Source of the DNA: Zygophlyctis sp. KS116
Taxonomy: Eukaryota > Fungi > Chytridiomycota
Direction of reading: 5' to 3'
Length of the DNA stretch: 13,393 bases
NCBI GenBank assembly: GCA_054661495.1
Contig: BAAFSQ010000271.1
Coordinates: 1-13,393, forward strand
Position numbers and translations under genes: made by a program. The notes below the pieces were generated by a model, which had not been told where the DNA came from, made no database searches, and was given only the letters and a program-made list of their open reading frames with translations. Shown here one piece after another: positions 10,068 through 13,393 of this stretch; positions within the stretch are counted from its first letter, which is position 1, and every line of letters begins with the position of its first letter.

Positions 10068-10195
10068 AAATGTTTATGAGGATCAAGTCTATGTCCAAGG
10101 ATTCTTCAGGAAGCCTAAGACTAGTAAGTGACCTCATAAACCTTCTATTATTGCAGTAAAAGGTACATGAAGAAGCAGAAATTTTCAACTGAAAA
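10068..10195 (-). ncRNA. Candidate box H/ACA snoRNA/scaRNA
   Basis: On the minus strand, an ANANNA word (10148-10143) is followed by a ~70-nt hairpin with an internal loop and then ACA+3 nt (10073-10068). The upper stem sits 15 nt from ACA. The 5' hairpin is weak, so the 5' end is uncertain. Confidence 0.45.
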
Positions 10196-10233
10196 AATTG
10201 TGGTTTTAATAAAAATGATTATTAGTTTTTACT

Positions 10234-12033
10234 TTACTTTTTATAAGCAGCAAGATGAGCCTTTTGAGCACGTCCAGAGGGATCAGAAGGACATCCTAAA
10301 CTTAAAATTGAAGAAATTACCCCAATCTCCTCGAGGAATCCATCGTACAACAGACTCTAAACACGCTGGCTGAGGATACAAAGATTCAAAAATTTGTCGA
10401 TATAAAAAGGCTTCTTTAGTCAAAGGAGTATCATGAGGATACAAACTAGAAGCTTTAGCCATTAATTCATTAGAAATCTTCTCTTCTGCATATTCTCGAA
10501 GTGAATCAATCCAGGAATAGCCAACTCCATCAGAAAATTGTTCCTTTTGTCTCCACAAAATATCATCTGGAAGATAAGGGTCTTCAGGAGTATCAAAAGC
10601 CTTTCTCAACACATATTTTTCAATAGTATGATTATATGGCGGAGAACGGTGCGTTTTGGTATTTGGAGGTATAGTCATTGCAACATCCAAAAAATGTTTA
10701 TCCAGGAATGGTACACGAGCTTCCAATCCCCATGCCATTGTGGCCTTGTTTGCTCTCAAGCAATCAGAAGTGTGTAGATTTTTAATTCGATCTATACATT
10801 CATGATGTAAGGCTTCAGCATTAGGAGCAGAACTAAAATACAGGTATCCTAATAATAAAGTCTTCAAATATTACCTCCAAAAATTTCATCAGAGCCTTCA
10901 CCACTTAAAACCATTTTGACTCCAATAGCTTTTATTTTTCGAGATAAAAGATACATCGGAGTACTTGCTCTCACGGTAGTAACATCATAAGTCTCCAAAT
11001 GATAAATAACATCTTCAATAGCATCCAATCCTTCTTCGACTGAAAAAGTAAAAGAATGATGAACAGTCTTTAAATGATTGGCAACCTTAATAGCTGCTTC
11101 CAAGTCTGGCGAACCAGGCAATCCTATAGAAAAAGAATGAAGTTTTGGAAATGACAAAGCAGATGATCTCGAACCTATACTATTTAGTATTTAAAATTTA
11201 CATCTTATATCTTCATCATCGCAATCAACAATTTCCCGATCAATATGCCGTGCAGCAATAGCGGCAATTAAACTTGAATCCAGCCCTCCAGATAGCAAAA
11301 CACCATAAGGAACTTCAGCCATCAGTCTTTTTTGAACAGATTTTTCCAAAGCAACTCTAACATCTTGATACATTGCATTTTGTTCTTGTAAACTCAAAAC
11401 TTTAGATTCTGGTCCCATATTTACTTTATCATACCATGAAGGATTATAATATACTTTAAAAGCATCATTACTAGGATCTGAACCAGTTCCTAAAAATGTA
11501 TAACCTGGAGGGAAAGATTTTACAACTTTGCAATTTTCATTCAAGGCCTTCATTTCTGAGGCGAACCAAATTGAATCCCCTTCTCCAAGTCCATAATAGA
11601 GAGTAGTAATCCCAACATGATCTCTAGCAGCAAAAAACACATCTTTTTTAGCATCATACAATAGAAAAGAAAACATTCCATCCAAAAGATGTATAAATTC
11701 TGGACCCATTTCTTCCCATAAATGTAATATAATTTCACAATCAGATTTAGTTCTAAATTCATGTTTATCCTTTAATAATTTCCTAAGAGATCGATGATTA
11801 TAGATTTCTCCGTTAACACAAAGAAAAACAGACTTATCTTCATTGACTAGGGGCTGAGCGCCAGAATCCACACCAACAATACTCAGTCTTTCGTGACATA
11901 AAATCGTATCATTTGAAATAATAACTCCTGACCAGTCCGGCCCTCTGTGTCTAAGCTTTTTAGACAATTGTACAGCTCTTGATCTAAATTCCTGGACTTG
12001 CGGTTTCCTAAAAATCCCAAAAATTCCACACAT
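10234..12033 (-). CDS. ASN1: Glutamine-hydrolysing asparagine synthetase, 573 aa; exons 12033-11202, 11174-10875, 10848-10321, 10295-10234
   Basis: Ntn-amidotransferase start MCGI, then [36 protein letters not shown]|[16 protein letters not shown] and DPSGRAQ. Introns are 27, 26 and 25 nt. Confidence 0.96.
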
Positions 12034-12378
12034 TTTCGACTTATTTTTAGCGTAATCAGGGCTGAACCAAGGTTTCTTGGACTTAAGATAGATGCTGATG
12101 GGTAGATTGACAATGAAATAAATGTTCTTTATTGCATTTTTAATCAAGACATTCTTTGTCTTTCCAATTTCTCTACTAGTACTTATGCATGACCCTCAAG
12201 GTTGGAAGATCGGACATTTTGGATAGAGCTGCTTCGATGATATGACATCTATTGCTTTCCCATCATTTAACAGTCAGTAGATTTCAACAGATTGCCATTT
12301 TCAGTAATCCTTTAGTAAGACTTATATATCTCAAGTAGACCTATAATAATCTCATACTGGGCCTACAATTTTATTTCA

Positions 12379-12813
12379 CTATTCAGTAAATAATTTCAGA
12401 TATGCTAAACCACTAACAACCGATGCACCGGCTGCTATACCAATCGGAGTCCCTGGAATTAGTAATGAGCCTAAAACAGCAACATCTGTAAATGTGTCCA
12501 TAACCATAGACTTTTCGTTTTTTTGAAGTCGCCATGCTCGATCTTGCCATTCAATTTCTTCCTTTCCCCACATCTTTGCAGTACCAAGTCCCCAAAGAAC
12601 TAAAACGCTAGTTGCAACTCCTACATTAGTGGCATTTGATAAGAGATTAATAAGACTAGAACTAGCTCTTCTCCTTGATAAAAGCAATAATCCTCCCAGT
12701 CCACCACAGATTGATCCAACTTGTAATCCCTTGTGAGTCAAATGGGAATAGAGAATGAATCTACTATATTTTTGATCTTCTGGGAATTCAGCCTTAGGAT
12801 AAAATCTGTCCAT
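12379..12813 (-). CDS. Small conserved membrane protein of unknown function (possibly DUF1757-like), 144 aa
   Basis: Intact ORF with an AAAATG start, Gly-rich hydrophobic segments and the motif MWGKEEIEWQDRAWRLQKN, which I recall from uncharacterised fungal proteins. The family call is from memory. Confidence 0.65.
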   Translation of the reverse strand: MDRFYPKAEFPEDQKYSRFILYSHLTHKGLQVGSICGGLGGLLLLSRRRASSSLINLLSNATNVGVATSVLVLWGLGTAKMWGKEEIEWQDRAWRLQKNEKSMVMDTFTDVAVLGSLLIPGTPIGIAAGASVVSGLAYLKLFTE

Positions 12814-13393
12814 TTTTTCAGATTAAAGAGATTAAACCGCTAGATAAAGCAAATCATAGTCCACACAATTGACTCAAAATAATCTGAAATGTGGCGACTC
12901 ACTAGATTTATATAATTAAGACACAGTTATTTCTAGCGATTTATTTCATTGTTCAATTTACACCAATAATATCAGCTAACTGAAGCGACGATTGAAAATG
13001 AATTATGGATAATATTCATCAATTAGGAACGCATGGCATTCTTGGTTATGACTTAAAACTTTTGCCTCGCCGATTTTCAAAATATTCAGATGGTCGCACA
13101 GCATATAAAATATATTTGGGACCTTTAAATGTCTCTTTTGAATGCTTTTATATTCTGTCTCTTGAGGATATTTAAATGCTCTAAAATTTAGTAGATAAAT
13201 CGGTTACATTTTTGAGCTGTTTCATACCATATTTCAAATGCATCTGCTAATTTGGACCTCCAGACAACATCGATTTACAACGTCACGATAGACTCTGTTG
13301 ACCTGGTTAATATTGCCATTCATTTCTTTTCTCTCTTCATGATTCGTGAGTGATAATATATACAAAAACCAGTAATCACATTTTGGCTCAGCA

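Noticed and set aside
10081-10165. Spliceosomal snRNA look-alikes: GATCAAGT and TATTGCAGTA (U2-like, +) and ACCTTTTAC (U5 loop-like, -)
   Set aside because: GTAGTA is missing, the spacing is wrong for U2, the U5 loop lacks its invariant G and there is no clear Sm site.
1330-11201. Pseudogenes, frameshifting, stop readthrough or an alternative genetic code as the reason for broken ORFs
   Set aside because: Every break is resolved by a 24-29 nt GT-AG intron under the standard code, and TAA, TAG and TGA all serve as normal stops.
165-12813. Functional gene cluster
   Set aside because: The genes are unrelated housekeeping functions, and adjacency is explained by compaction.

Overview
An AT-rich, extremely compact eukaryotic nuclear window. 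The proteins look fungal, probably from an early-diverging or chytrid-like lineage (inference). It holds ten protein genes: a mitochondrial mS38/COX24-like protein (+), RPT5 (+), PRP39 (-), a miniature two-BIR Bir1/survivin (+), a G-protein alpha subunit (+), a C1-domain/Pex24-Pex30-like/DysF protein (+), LCB2 (+), EBP2 (-), asparagine synthetase (-) and a small conserved membrane protein (-). The ORF track is fragmented because the genes are split by ultra-short GT-AG introns. I reconstructed 20 by hand, all 24-29 nt (mode 26). Most lack the canonical +5 G and carry a T(A/G)A branch-like motif 7-11 nt from the 3' end. Spacers are as short as 2 nt. The three larger spacers (240-345 nt) each contain hairpin-forming sequence, and one is a reasonable H/ACA snoRNA candidate. 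I saw no mobile elements, CRISPR, tRNA or rRNA.
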